Below, piece by piece: positions 29,643 through 37,924 of a stretch of 64,000 bases of DNA. Every line of letters starts with the position of its first letter. The stretch's first letter is position 1. The translations under genes and the position numbers were made by a program. The DNA lies in NCBI GenBank assembly GCA_016840405.1, contig JAEOSK010000012.1:1-64000 (forward strand), written 5' to 3'. A model generated the notes under the pieces. It saw only the letters and a list, made by a program, of their open reading frames with translations, was not told the origin of the DNA and did not search any database. Origin of the DNA: Candidatus Hermodarchaeum yapensis. Lineage in GTDB: Archaea; Asgardarchaeota; Hermodarchaeia; Hermodarchaeales; Hermodarchaeaceae.

Positions 29643-30278
29643 TTGGTGGAATTCACGATGAGCTTAGAACTCCGCAATACCTGGATTATCATCACAACGA
29701 TCATCATCACAATTGTATCTCTGGTGTTATTCTTTGCCCGAAACCGTTTAACCTGGGTTCATCGCTACAACGACAACTTTCTCGGTGTGTTTGGCATTGA
29801 AACAAGTCATGTTCCTTGGGTTCGATATCTAGTGAGTTGGATACTAGGAACCTGTATCGCTACTGTGCTACTCACACTTCTAATCAACATTGGCTTCACC
29901 TTGTATTTATTGTCAGGTCTTTCTGGTATTCCTCTTGATGCCGTTGTCATCTCATTAGCCATTGGGGCAATCATTCTCACGGTTATCCTGCTCATCGCAG
30001 CCATTCCGGCGGTTCTTGCTATGCCATTATCCTGTCCTACGGCCCTTGGCGTTTTCATTTTCCTTACTCAGTACGCCTACGAATACGTCCCTGGTTTACC
30101 CTCAACTATCGTCTATAATCTCAGTTATCTCAGCACCTTACTCTACCTTGGAACCATCGCAATCGGGTTCGTCGCCATTTTCCTATCTTTTTACCTCCTC
30201 CTCCGCACCTACCTCCTTACCCCATTAATAAAACGACGACGAACCCAATCTAATGAAGAAACTGCCAACCCTGAATGA
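29643..30278 (+). CDS. Hypothetical membrane protein
   Basis: About 5 TM segments. Confidence 0.7.
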   Translation: MVEFTMSLELRNTWIIITTIIITIVSLVLFFARNRLTWVHRYNDNFLGVFGIETSHVPWVRYLVSWILGTCIATVLLTLLINIGFTLYLLSGLSGIPLDAVVISLAIGAIILTVILLIAAIPAVLAMPLSCPTALGVFIFLTQYAYEYVPGLPSTIVYNLSYLSTLLYLGTIAIGFVAIFLSFYLLLRTYLLTPLIKRRRTQSNEETANPE

Positions 30279-30403
30279 CACTCTGGTTCAAAATTCAAAG
30301 TCTGATAGAATCGCTGAGAAAATAAAAAGGGGGCTAGGACAATCCCAGAGAAACACACTCGCCGATGAGATTGCCCACAGCCATGTGGGACTTCTATATA
30401 GCT

Positions 30404-30625
30404 CTAGAAGTCATGAGGCATCAAAGTCTTACGCTTGTTTGCCTTAGCTCGATGGGTTGCCTTCGTAATGATTTTTTCGACCATGTCATCGATTGCTTGA
30501 TAAGCTGCAGCAGAAACTTGGAAACCCATTGCGTGAGCTTTCTTGGCAATTGCTTTCTTCACAATTTTATCTACAGCCAATTTTAATTCCTCCAACGGAA
30601 CTACACGGCTTCTCCTCCCATCCAA
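30404..30625 (-). CDS. Histone-fold protein with truncated alpha3
   Basis: QVSAAAYQAIDDMVEKIITKATHRAKANKRKTLMPHDF: L1, long alpha2 and RKTxxxxD at the C-terminus; true start may be TTG 30595. Confidence 0.85.
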   Translation of the reverse strand: MDGRRSRVVPLEELKLAVDKIVKKAIAKKAHAMGFQVSAAAYQAIDDMVEKIITKATHRAKANKRKTLMPHDF

Positions 30626-30747
30626 ATGTGAGAAGAAATACCGCTGTAGTGGGGTCTGGCGGCTTCTCCTATTAAAAGGTTTGGGTCGCCCTTATTTATC
30701 GTTCTAAATATATAAATCGCCTTAATTCTCTATAAAACGGCGTCTTC

Positions 30748-31254
30748 TCAGAGTTTGAACTGAATTCCCTGCTGTTTAAGCGCTTTTTCTAAAACTTGCT
30801 GTCGATATTCAAAATTCCGGACGGCCTCTCCAAGCATAGGGAGCAGTTCTAGATCTTCACCTTTGAAACTTTGGTGGAGATTTTCGAATGCCAGTATCAA
30901 ATCAGCACCAACAGCTTGAGCTCCTACCGCAGCCATGAGCAACGTCTTCCGTTCTTCAAAGGAGTCAGTGGTTTCACTCTGTGCAAGTAACCAATAGAAC
31001 ACTGGTTTAATGAGCTTAAACGCCCAAAGAAGACCAAAAAACTGCCACATCTGGGCCCTGGGATCCTTTGGCATCTCAAGAAGTTGACGGATGATAACAG
31101 TGACTTCCCTTCGTGCCTCAGTAAACTCTTTAGCCGCTTGGGCGAAATCACCCTTTTTGGCTAATTCACTTCCGGTATTCATCAGTTCAAAATATCGTTT
31201 AGGGAGATCATGTATAGTGGCAAAAGTGATTAGTTCGTCCTCAAGTTTCTTCAT
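30748..31254 (-). CDS. All-helical hypothetical protein (TPR/MIT-like N-terminus)
   Basis: ATG 31254 lies 4 nt after the longin gene stop; GSELAKKGDFAQAAKEF helix pattern. Confidence 0.7.
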   Translation of the reverse strand: MKKLEDELITFATIHDLPKRYFELMNTGSELAKKGDFAQAAKEFTEARREVTVIIRQLLEMPKDPRAQMWQFFGLLWAFKLIKPVFYWLLAQSETTDSFEERKTLLMAAVGAQAVGADLILAFENLHQSFKGEDLELLPMLGEAVRNFEYRQQVLEKALKQQGIQFKL

Positions 31255-31258
31255 GTCC

Positions 31259-32293
31259 TTATTCGAGTTTTTTTCGTTCACGGCGAATATAACCTCCTTC
31301 GCTTGCGAGCTCTTTGAAAATCTTGTAATCCTCATCTGATAACCGTAGGAGATTAGCTGCCTCACCATCGGGGATATCTGATGATTGGGCAAGGAGTCGA
31401 GCAACATCTTCGATTCGCTCTCGAACTGTCAGGAAAGCCGTCTCAGAAATTGTACGAAGTTCGGAACCCTTTTCACCCAATGTTTTTTCAGCATGTGCAA
31501 CGGTGTTGGCAATATTCAAGGGTTGTGGATCAAATCCAACGGGTAACACGACGTGTTCTTCAACAAGGAGACAGACATAAGTGAGCCCCATTTTCGAAGA
31601 GTTAGCGAAGGTGGCTTCATAAGCACGATTGGGCAAGCTTAGGATGAAGGACATATTTGGGGGACGATCTCGTAAAACTTGTAGAGCTGCTCCAGCATCT
31701 TCAAAGTACATGACAGGAATCCGACGCCGACGCATGGTTTGGAGCGCACGAATCACCGACTGATTGCGTGTCTTCCGACCTACTGCCAAGATAGGAGCTC
31801 CTCGCAAGAGACCATAAAGAAGAATGTCGAGGCCAGGACCGAATCGACGCCATAGGCGAATTATCGCAGGGCGAAGTTCCATCAATTCTGGAGGTTTTTC
31901 GAAGGTGGGAAGATAATCTTGCACTACTTCCCTGGCAATCGGAATGAAAGATCGAAATGGTGCCACTTCTCCTGTCCATCGCCGTAATTCCTTCTGATAT
32001 CGATCCAAGAACAACGCATTCAACGTTTTCAACACAGCCATTATCGAAACATCATCATCTTCTCGATCAGCTAAGGCTACACTGAGCACTGGATCAGCCA
32101 GATCCCACACAAATTGGTAGTTACCTGTCTCAATGCTGGCGACATCTTCATCAAGGAGGTCTTGACCAAACATCCGTAAGGCTGAAAGAAAACCGGAAAC
32201 CAGTTCAGGGCTTACTCGTTCTTCCTTATCAGTAAAAACAATAGACACTAGAACTAGTCCACTTTTATGAAAATGGTACAACCGATGAATCAT
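31259..32293 (-). CDS. Longin-domain protein with a DENN-like central domain and C-terminal HTH-like segment
   Basis: MIHRLYHFHKSGLVL...LVSGFLSALRMFG...FLDRY...W.G.V..F..F is typical of Asgard longins; start taken at ATG 32293. Confidence 0.8.
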   Translation of the reverse strand: MIHRLYHFHKSGLVLVSIVFTDKEERVSPELVSGFLSALRMFGQDLLDEDVASIETGNYQFVWDLADPVLSVALADREDDDVSIMAVLKTLNALFLDRYQKELRRWTGEVAPFRSFIPIAREVVQDYLPTFEKPPELMELRPAIIRLWRRFGPGLDILLYGLLRGAPILAVGRKTRNQSVIRALQTMRRRRIPVMYFEDAGAALQVLRDRPPNMSFILSLPNRAYEATFANSSKMGLTYVCLLVEEHVVLPVGFDPQPLNIANTVAHAEKTLGEKGSELRTISETAFLTVRERIEDVARLLAQSSDIPDGEAANLLRLSDEDYKIFKELASEGGYIRRERKKLE

Positions 32294-32425
32294 CAGCAAG
32301 CCCGTCCTTTTGTTCGTAAGTTCGTATAAATGACTTTCCACTCGAAATTGAAATCCGACTAAAAGTTGAAGAAGCGCTGAAGTACTTTTCTTGAATAAAT
32401 TGTCTAACCAGAGGGGTAAATCCAA

Positions 32426-33304
32426 TTATTCCTGACCACGTCGCAGCAAGAGCTTGCGGATTAACAAGAAGATAATAATTGCCAACACGATGACAGCCAC
32501 TCCAATTATAATTAGAATCGGTAAGGGGCTTGGAATCGGTTCTAAGGGGATATTCGTTGCTAGGACTTCATAATAGTAGGTCAATGTTTGTTGGGTAAGG
32601 TCGACTGAAAGGATTCGAGTATCATTGGCTTGGTAGTAAATTCCTACGTCATGATCAATTACAAAGGCGGTTTCTTGAAGTTCTTCGGGGGTTGAGGTAC
32701 TATTGAAAAGTTGATAACAAAGTTGGTCACTTCCCTGGAAGGCAAGGGTTGTATAGTCAATTTGCTGCCAGCGACTGTTACCTACAATCACATCAGTCCC
32801 AGTTGTAAGAGTGGTTAAAGTGGCATCGTCGAGAAAGAAACCAGACACTCCGTTTGTGATGGGGTAAGCAATTAGTCCGTCGGCGACGCCCGTTGGGGCT
32901 GGGGCTGACACTGACCCATCTAAGGATTCTATGGTTTGCCAAGACGAATTCGATACAGTAGCAACGTTACTGAAGATACTCACAGAGAAATTGTAAAGTG
33001 CTTCAAGCACAGGACCCACTTGTGCGATGTTTAAAACGCTGATGGTCAAGTTCACGTATTGCTGCCAATGAAGAGTGTAGTTTCCAAATGAGAGGTTTAG
33101 CCCGGTCCAATGATAAATTTGGGTCGCGGTGAGATTCGGTTGAATACTTACAAATCCGTAGTCGTATTCTGTCAAATTCCCAACATTTGGTGTGTACGCT
33201 GCAACCCTTGGTTGCATTGAGATGAAAGCAGTTCCACTCAAACCAATAAGAAAAACGAAGATCAATCCGATGACAAATGGTTGGCGAAAGGTTTTCACAC
33301 GCAA
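32426..33304 (-). CDS. Secreted, membrane-anchored hypothetical protein
   Basis: Signal peptide, several NxT/S sequons, IDHDVGIYY motif, C-terminal TM plus basic tail. Confidence 0.75.
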   Translation of the reverse strand: MRVKTFRQPFVIGLIFVFLIGLSGTAFISMQPRVAAYTPNVGNLTEYDYGFVSIQPNLTATQIYHWTGLNLSFGNYTLHWQQYVNLTISVLNIAQVGPVLEALYNFSVSIFSNVATVSNSSWQTIESLDGSVSAPAPTGVADGLIAYPITNGVSGFFLDDATLTTLTTGTDVIVGNSRWQQIDYTTLAFQGSDQLCYQLFNSTSTPEELQETAFVIDHDVGIYYQANDTRILSVDLTQQTLTYYYEVLATNIPLEPIPSPLPILIIIGVAVIVLAIIIFLLIRKLLLRRGQE

Positions 33305-33477
33305 TCCTCAGTAATCGACTTAGAAAGGACTTTATTAAATCCCTTGTGTTAACACGAACTAATCTACTTCTCAAAATACCCTATTTTGATTCTCTTATTC
33401 CGGAGTCCTCTCTCTTTTTATTGAGCCCCTACTTCACCATCATAGCTATTAACGAGTAGAGAAATGTCTCATCGGCT

Positions 33478-34062
33478 GTGACTGACATGATAGATGAAGA
33501 AAAGCTTCGACGATCAATCGAGGAACACATGGAAAACGCTGAAGAATACATTCGTAAACAGGAGCGCGACAGTGCCCTGATAGAATTTGATATGGCTGCA
33601 GCTAAACTTGACGCGGCTGGGAAAATAAATCAATTGGAACAATTGTGGGCACATGCAGCTGCTGGTTTCACCGCTGCGGAGGCCCCGCGTCAGGCGGCCA
33701 CCAGCTACCTCCACCTTGCGGAACTTGAGGTAAAAGCTGGTCGACAAACTGAGGGTCGCGATAGCTACTTGTCAGCAGCCAATTCACTTTTTGCAGTTCG
33801 CGAGAAAAACCCAGAATTGTGGACAACAATGATTCAGGCTCTTGAGCATGCCATTGACCTCAGCCTAGCCTTGGAGGAAACCTCGCTGGCCATTGAACTC
33901 CTATTCAAGACTGCTATCATTCAATATCGCGAAACAGGATTCACCCTTGATGCCATATATTCACTCGAACGGGCTCAACAACTTCTAGAACAAGTGCCCA
34001 ACCACCCCCTCGCCCAAGATATTAATGAAAAACTCCAAGAGCTTGTCGACTATCAAACTTAA
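33478..34062 (+). CDS. TPR/alpha-SNAP-like helical repeat protein
   Basis: Repeated A-x-x-Y-x-x-A helical hairpins. Confidence 0.75.
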   Translation: MTDMIDEEKLRRSIEEHMENAEEYIRKQERDSALIEFDMAAAKLDAAGKINQLEQLWAHAAAGFTAAEAPRQAATSYLHLAELEVKAGRQTEGRDSYLSAANSLFAVREKNPELWTTMIQALEHAIDLSLALEETSLAIELLFKTAIIQYRETGFTLDAIYSLERAQQLLEQVPNHPLAQDINEKLQELVDYQT

Positions 34063-34102
34063 CATCCACACGCTCTCAGAATAGTTCAGACAACCAATCC
34101 CC

Positions 34103-34156
34103 CGCGTAACTGGACAATCCGTCCCTGGCTCAAAACGGATGTGACTCAGTTACGCG
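34103..34156. terminator. Long hairpin between convergent genes
   Basis: CGCGTAACTG/CAGTTACGCG 10-bp stem plus ATCCGT/ACGGAT 6-bp inner stem. Confidence 0.5.
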
Positions 34157-35328
34157 AGGGCTTGGAGGCTCTGCTGCACGACCCATGCTCTCTCTTCCTC
34201 AGTGAGTGCGGGGTGAACTGGGAGGGACAACACTTCCTTAGCGGCTTGCTCGGATACCGGCATCGACCCCTCCTTATACTGGAAGAGCCGCCGGTAAATG
34301 GGGGTTAAATGGAGAGGAACCTCATAGTAAATTGCAGCACCGATTTTTGCGGTGTGCAACGTTTTTTGGACGTTATCTCGGTTCCTTGGGGCAAGAATGC
34401 GAATTGTGTACAGATACCAATTATGTGTCGCCCAAGACGCCTCCGTGGGGCGCACAATATTCTTCACATCAGTTAGATGGCTTGTCAGATATTCGGCGTT
34501 CTTTTTTCGTTTCTCTAAAAAGACAGGAAGCCGTTTCATTTGTTCAACGCCAATGGCGGCCTGCAATTCGGGTAACCGATAATTGTGACCCAACTGTACA
34601 TACTCATAGGGGCGAATTTCCCCATGCGTACGAATCTGCTGTAGGGTTTCGGCTAATTCATCATCATTAGTTGTGAGTAATCCCCCTTCGCCCGTGGTTA
34701 TGACCTTACTTGGATACAAACTGAAACAGCCCACATCTCCAATGGTCCCCACATTACGACCCTTATACTTCGAACCGTGTGCTTGTGCTGCATCCTCAAT
34801 TATTCTCACATCATGTTTCTGAGCTAGCTCAACCAGTGGATCCATGTCTGCAGGATGACCATACAAATGAACAGGTAAAATGGCACGAGTTTTGGGTGTG
34901 ATTGCTGCCTCTACTTTAGCAGGGTCTAGGTTGAAATTGTCGGGTGAGATGTCTGCAAAGACTACCTTAGCTCCATTTAGGAGCACCATGTTCGTTGTGG
35001 CAATAAAACTGAAGGGGGGTGCGATGACCTCATCACCCGCCTTTACGTCGAAGGCGAGTAGGGCAGCATGAAGAGCAGCGGTCCCCGAGTTCATTGCGAT
35101 AACGTGTTTGGCACCAACAAACTTCGCAAAGGCTTCTTCGAAGCGACGGACGAACGTACCAGATCCCGACTTGTGAGTTAACATCCCGCTTTCGAGGACT
35201 TCGGTGACCGCTGCTATTTCTTCTGCACCTAGTATGGGGAGGTTGGAAGGAATGAATCGGTTCGGTGGTGAGGTCGGTTTCGGAGGCACTGTCGTAGTCT
35301 CCATATAGTGATGGTGCGGATCCTCCAT
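34150..35328 (-). CDS. DegT/DnrJ/EryC1/StrS PLP-dependent aminotransferase
   Basis: NSGTAALH, PVHLYG, IEDAAQAHG, SLYPSKVITTGEGG. Confidence 0.95.
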   Translation of the reverse strand: MEDPHHHYMETTTVPPKPTSPPNRFIPSNLPILGAEEIAAVTEVLESGMLTHKSGSGTFVRRFEEAFAKFVGAKHVIAMNSGTAALHAALLAFDVKAGDEVIAPPFSFIATTNMVLLNGAKVVFADISPDNFNLDPAKVEAAITPKTRAILPVHLYGHPADMDPLVELAQKHDVRIIEDAAQAHGSKYKGRNVGTIGDVGCFSLYPSKVITTGEGGLLTTNDDELAETLQQIRTHGEIRPYEYVQLGHNYRLPELQAAIGVEQMKRLPVFLEKRKKNAEYLTSHLTDVKNIVRPTEASWATHNWYLYTIRILAPRNRDNVQKTLHTAKIGAAIYYEVPLHLTPIYRRLFQYKEGSMPVSEQAAKEVLSLPVHPALTEEERAWVVQQSLQALA

Positions 35329-35518
35329 ATAAAATTAACTGTTATTACCTAAAAATGAGTTAAAATTGGGAGTTGCGAAATTTTCTCGTACTAAATCAAC
35401 GTCAAAAAGAGAATTCAAATCTGAAATAGCACACGCTCTTCACATTTTTGGTAAAAGCTAGAAGCAAGGCTCACCTTGGAAACCATAAGTCTATACAAAT
35501 GCAGAAGGTGGATGGGGA

Positions 35519-35941
35519 TTAGAGGCTGCCAATCACTTGCATGAGGATTTTGTGGTGACGTAATTCGTCTTCGTAGATGTGTTTAAATATCGCTTTAATT
35601 GTCGGTTGCTTCACATTCTTGATTTGCTCTTTGAGAAGCTCGATCATTTGGTTTTCGACTTCGATGTGTTGTTTGAGGTCGCGCTTAGCTACTTCTTTAT
35701 CAATCCAACGCTGTTCGTCGAAATCTTTGAAAGAATATGGTGTTTCTTTGAGTACCCGTTCGACCGTTTGGTACATCTTCAAGTGTTTCGCGGAGTCCAT
35801 TCCTAATTCTTCGATGAGAAGCTTTACAGCTGCATTTGTTAAAGTTTTAGCCGTCTTCTCATAGAGTTCAACTGCCTTTGCTTCAATCTTCATGGCACGA
35901 GTAATCATTTCGAGTAATTCTTTATGCGGTGTTTCAGACAT
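35519..35941 (-). CDS. Ferritin-like (rubrerythrin-type four-helix) protein
   Basis: E...DSAKH and E...DELRHH di-iron motifs. Confidence 0.85.
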   Translation of the reverse strand: MSETPHKELLEMITRAMKIEAKAVELYEKTAKTLTNAAVKLLIEELGMDSAKHLKMYQTVERVLKETPYSFKDFDEQRWIDKEVAKRDLKQHIEVENQMIELLKEQIKNVKQPTIKAIFKHIYEDELRHHKILMQVIGSL

Positions 35942-36021
35942 TGTACTCAGACCCATAATTGTAATGGCACAAAATGGGATTTACTCTAAGAAAAGACTTC
36001 TCCTCTTGGCAATGAACCGGA

Positions 36022-36432
36022 TTAAAACTTCCACACTTCTTCCTTCAGAATCTTGTGATGGCGTTCTTCATCATTGAGGATATGCTGTAAGAGGGTTTTG
36101 ATAAGTTTATCATCAGTTGCTAGAACCTCATCTTTGATAAGCTCGATCATCTTCTTTTCGCGATCTATATGTGTTTTAATCGCTTCCAATCCTTGATTCC
36201 GTTGTTGCCAAGTACTGACGAACGTCTCTCGAGATAGTTCGCCAGATTTTAAAGATTCGAGCATCATCTGAACGATGGCAGCGTGTTTGGTCGAATCTGC
36301 AGCACAGATCTCAAACAATGCTTTAATCCCTACATGATCGATATCCTTCATTTCCTTTCGTAGGGCTCGGGCCGATTCTTTCTCAAGTGTAAGTTGAGTT
36401 TCTAGTAATTTGATTAATCGTTCATTGGCCAT
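36022..36432 (-). CDS. Ferritin-like protein (paralog of the neighbour)
   Basis: E...DSTKH and E...DEERHH motifs. Confidence 0.85.
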   Translation of the reverse strand: MANERLIKLLETQLTLEKESARALRKEMKDIDHVGIKALFEICAADSTKHAAIVQMMLESLKSGELSRETFVSTWQQRNQGLEAIKTHIDREKKMIELIKDEVLATDDKLIKTLLQHILNDEERHHKILKEEVWKF

Positions 36433-36438
36433 GATTTT

Positions 36439-36987
36439 TTACTCCTTCATGAGGTTATCAATAATGTCACGGTAATATGAGTGAACGTTAGGACTCACCC
36501 GTGCATCCAATGCCTTAAATTCTTTGGCTAATTTATTCAATTCTTTCTTGGACAACATGTCTGCCGCTGCAGGAAATAGTTCTGTATCTTCCAGCTTGAT
36601 ATGTGGGTCAATTAGTTCAAGATATCCATCTAGACAGCGAATTACTCGTTCTCGGGCTGCACGGTCACCGGTAAACATGGGGCGTGCCCACCGTCGTAAG
36701 TCGGATATGTAGCCAAGGAGATACATGTGTTCTTCAACGAGCTTATCGATAGTAGCATTATACTCCGAAGATACCGACTGTTCAACAATGGCAGGAAACA
36801 GAAGCTGTTCTTCTTTGCCATGGTGAACTATGTCAGCATAGGTGCTCCAAAAATCAACGAGCTTCCAATAACGGCGGGGGCGGATTGGACCACCAGCATT
36901 GATTTCATTGCGAAAGGCTTCGGACGCTGAAACAGCTTTCGCAATTAGTCGGTGCTCCTTAACCAAGTGTTCAAGAGGTTGCATCAA
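36439..36987 (-). CDS. Hemerythrin-like domain protein
   Basis: EH, HHGKEEQLLFP, EEH, HIKLEDTELFP. Confidence 0.92.
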   Translation of the reverse strand: MMQPLEHLVKEHRLIAKAVSASEAFRNEINAGGPIRPRRYWKLVDFWSTYADIVHHGKEEQLLFPAIVEQSVSSEYNATIDKLVEEHMYLLGYISDLRRWARPMFTGDRAARERVIRCLDGYLELIDPHIKLEDTELFPAAADMLSKKELNKLAKEFKALDARVSPNVHSYYRDIIDNLMKE

Positions 36988-37064
36988 ATCACTCCTAACG
37001 AAAGATTATGGTGTCCTCTAAACAAACATCTCGGTTAAAAAAACCTTTGATTTACGGGTTCGTG

Positions 37065-37772
37065 TTAAAGCGTAAGTTTAGTTGGTTCAAATAGATCGGG
37101 TATCACTACTTGGATTCCTGGCACAGCATCTTCTGCAAGTTCTTTGTATTTGTTCATTTGACGCGCATTTCCATGCATTGGCACAACTACTTTTGACCTT
37201 AAATCCAGAGTGAATTCTAAAGCAGTTTCAGGGGTGCAGGAGGGTGAAGGTGTACCAGTCGGAAGAAATGCCAGATCTGCAGGGTGGTTCTTCACGGGCA
37301 CATGACCTGAGTCACCTGCATGGAAGATACTGAACTTATCGTACGCCACATGAAAGAGGGTGATTGGTCGGGGATGTACACCGATAAAAGATGTCACTTT
37401 CACATCATTTACGGTGGTGACAGATTTTGGGTCAGCAAAGGTTAGGTGTGATGATGGGATTCTCTTGACAAGATCTTCGGCGACCTGGGGCTCAGCAATA
37501 ATGTGGGCGGAAGTTTTGTTATGAATTCTTCCCACGTAGGGTGCATGATAGTGATCCCAGTGAGTGTGCGTTAAAAACAGAAGGTCAAGTCTAGGGATAT
37601 TATCAACCACTTCTTTCTCCAAAGTTTTTCCCAAATCGAAGGCCAACGACAACTTTGAAGTCCGTAAAAGAATTCCTGCATACCCAATATACAAGAAAGC
37701 TATGTTCGAACCTTCTAAGGGTAGCTCAAAAAATGCTTGGAGTGCTTCTATTGATGTTTTGTCTTCGACCAT
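37065..37772 (-). CDS. MBL-fold metallo-hydrolase
   Basis: THTHWDH, HAGD, PMH. Confidence 0.88.
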   Translation of the reverse strand: MVEDKTSIEALQAFFELPLEGSNIAFLYIGYAGILLRTSKLSLAFDLGKTLEKEVVDNIPRLDLLFLTHTHWDHYHAPYVGRIHNKTSAHIIAEPQVAEDLVKRIPSSHLTFADPKSVTTVNDVKVTSFIGVHPRPITLFHVAYDKFSIFHAGDSGHVPVKNHPADLAFLPTGTPSPSCTPETALEFTLDLRSKVVVPMHGNARQMNKYKELAEDAVPGIQVVIPDLFEPTKLTL

Positions 37773-37924
37773 GACAGAGGCCTCTCTTGATAGAGCACAT
37801 CTGAAGGTTAGATAACTAATTTTCCATTGCCATCACTGTCTGCCAAAACGATTTTCATCCTTCCATAAATAATAAGAAATGAATCTGTACAGAGTCTGTT
37901 TTCTTCAGATGAGGTTGTGAGATT

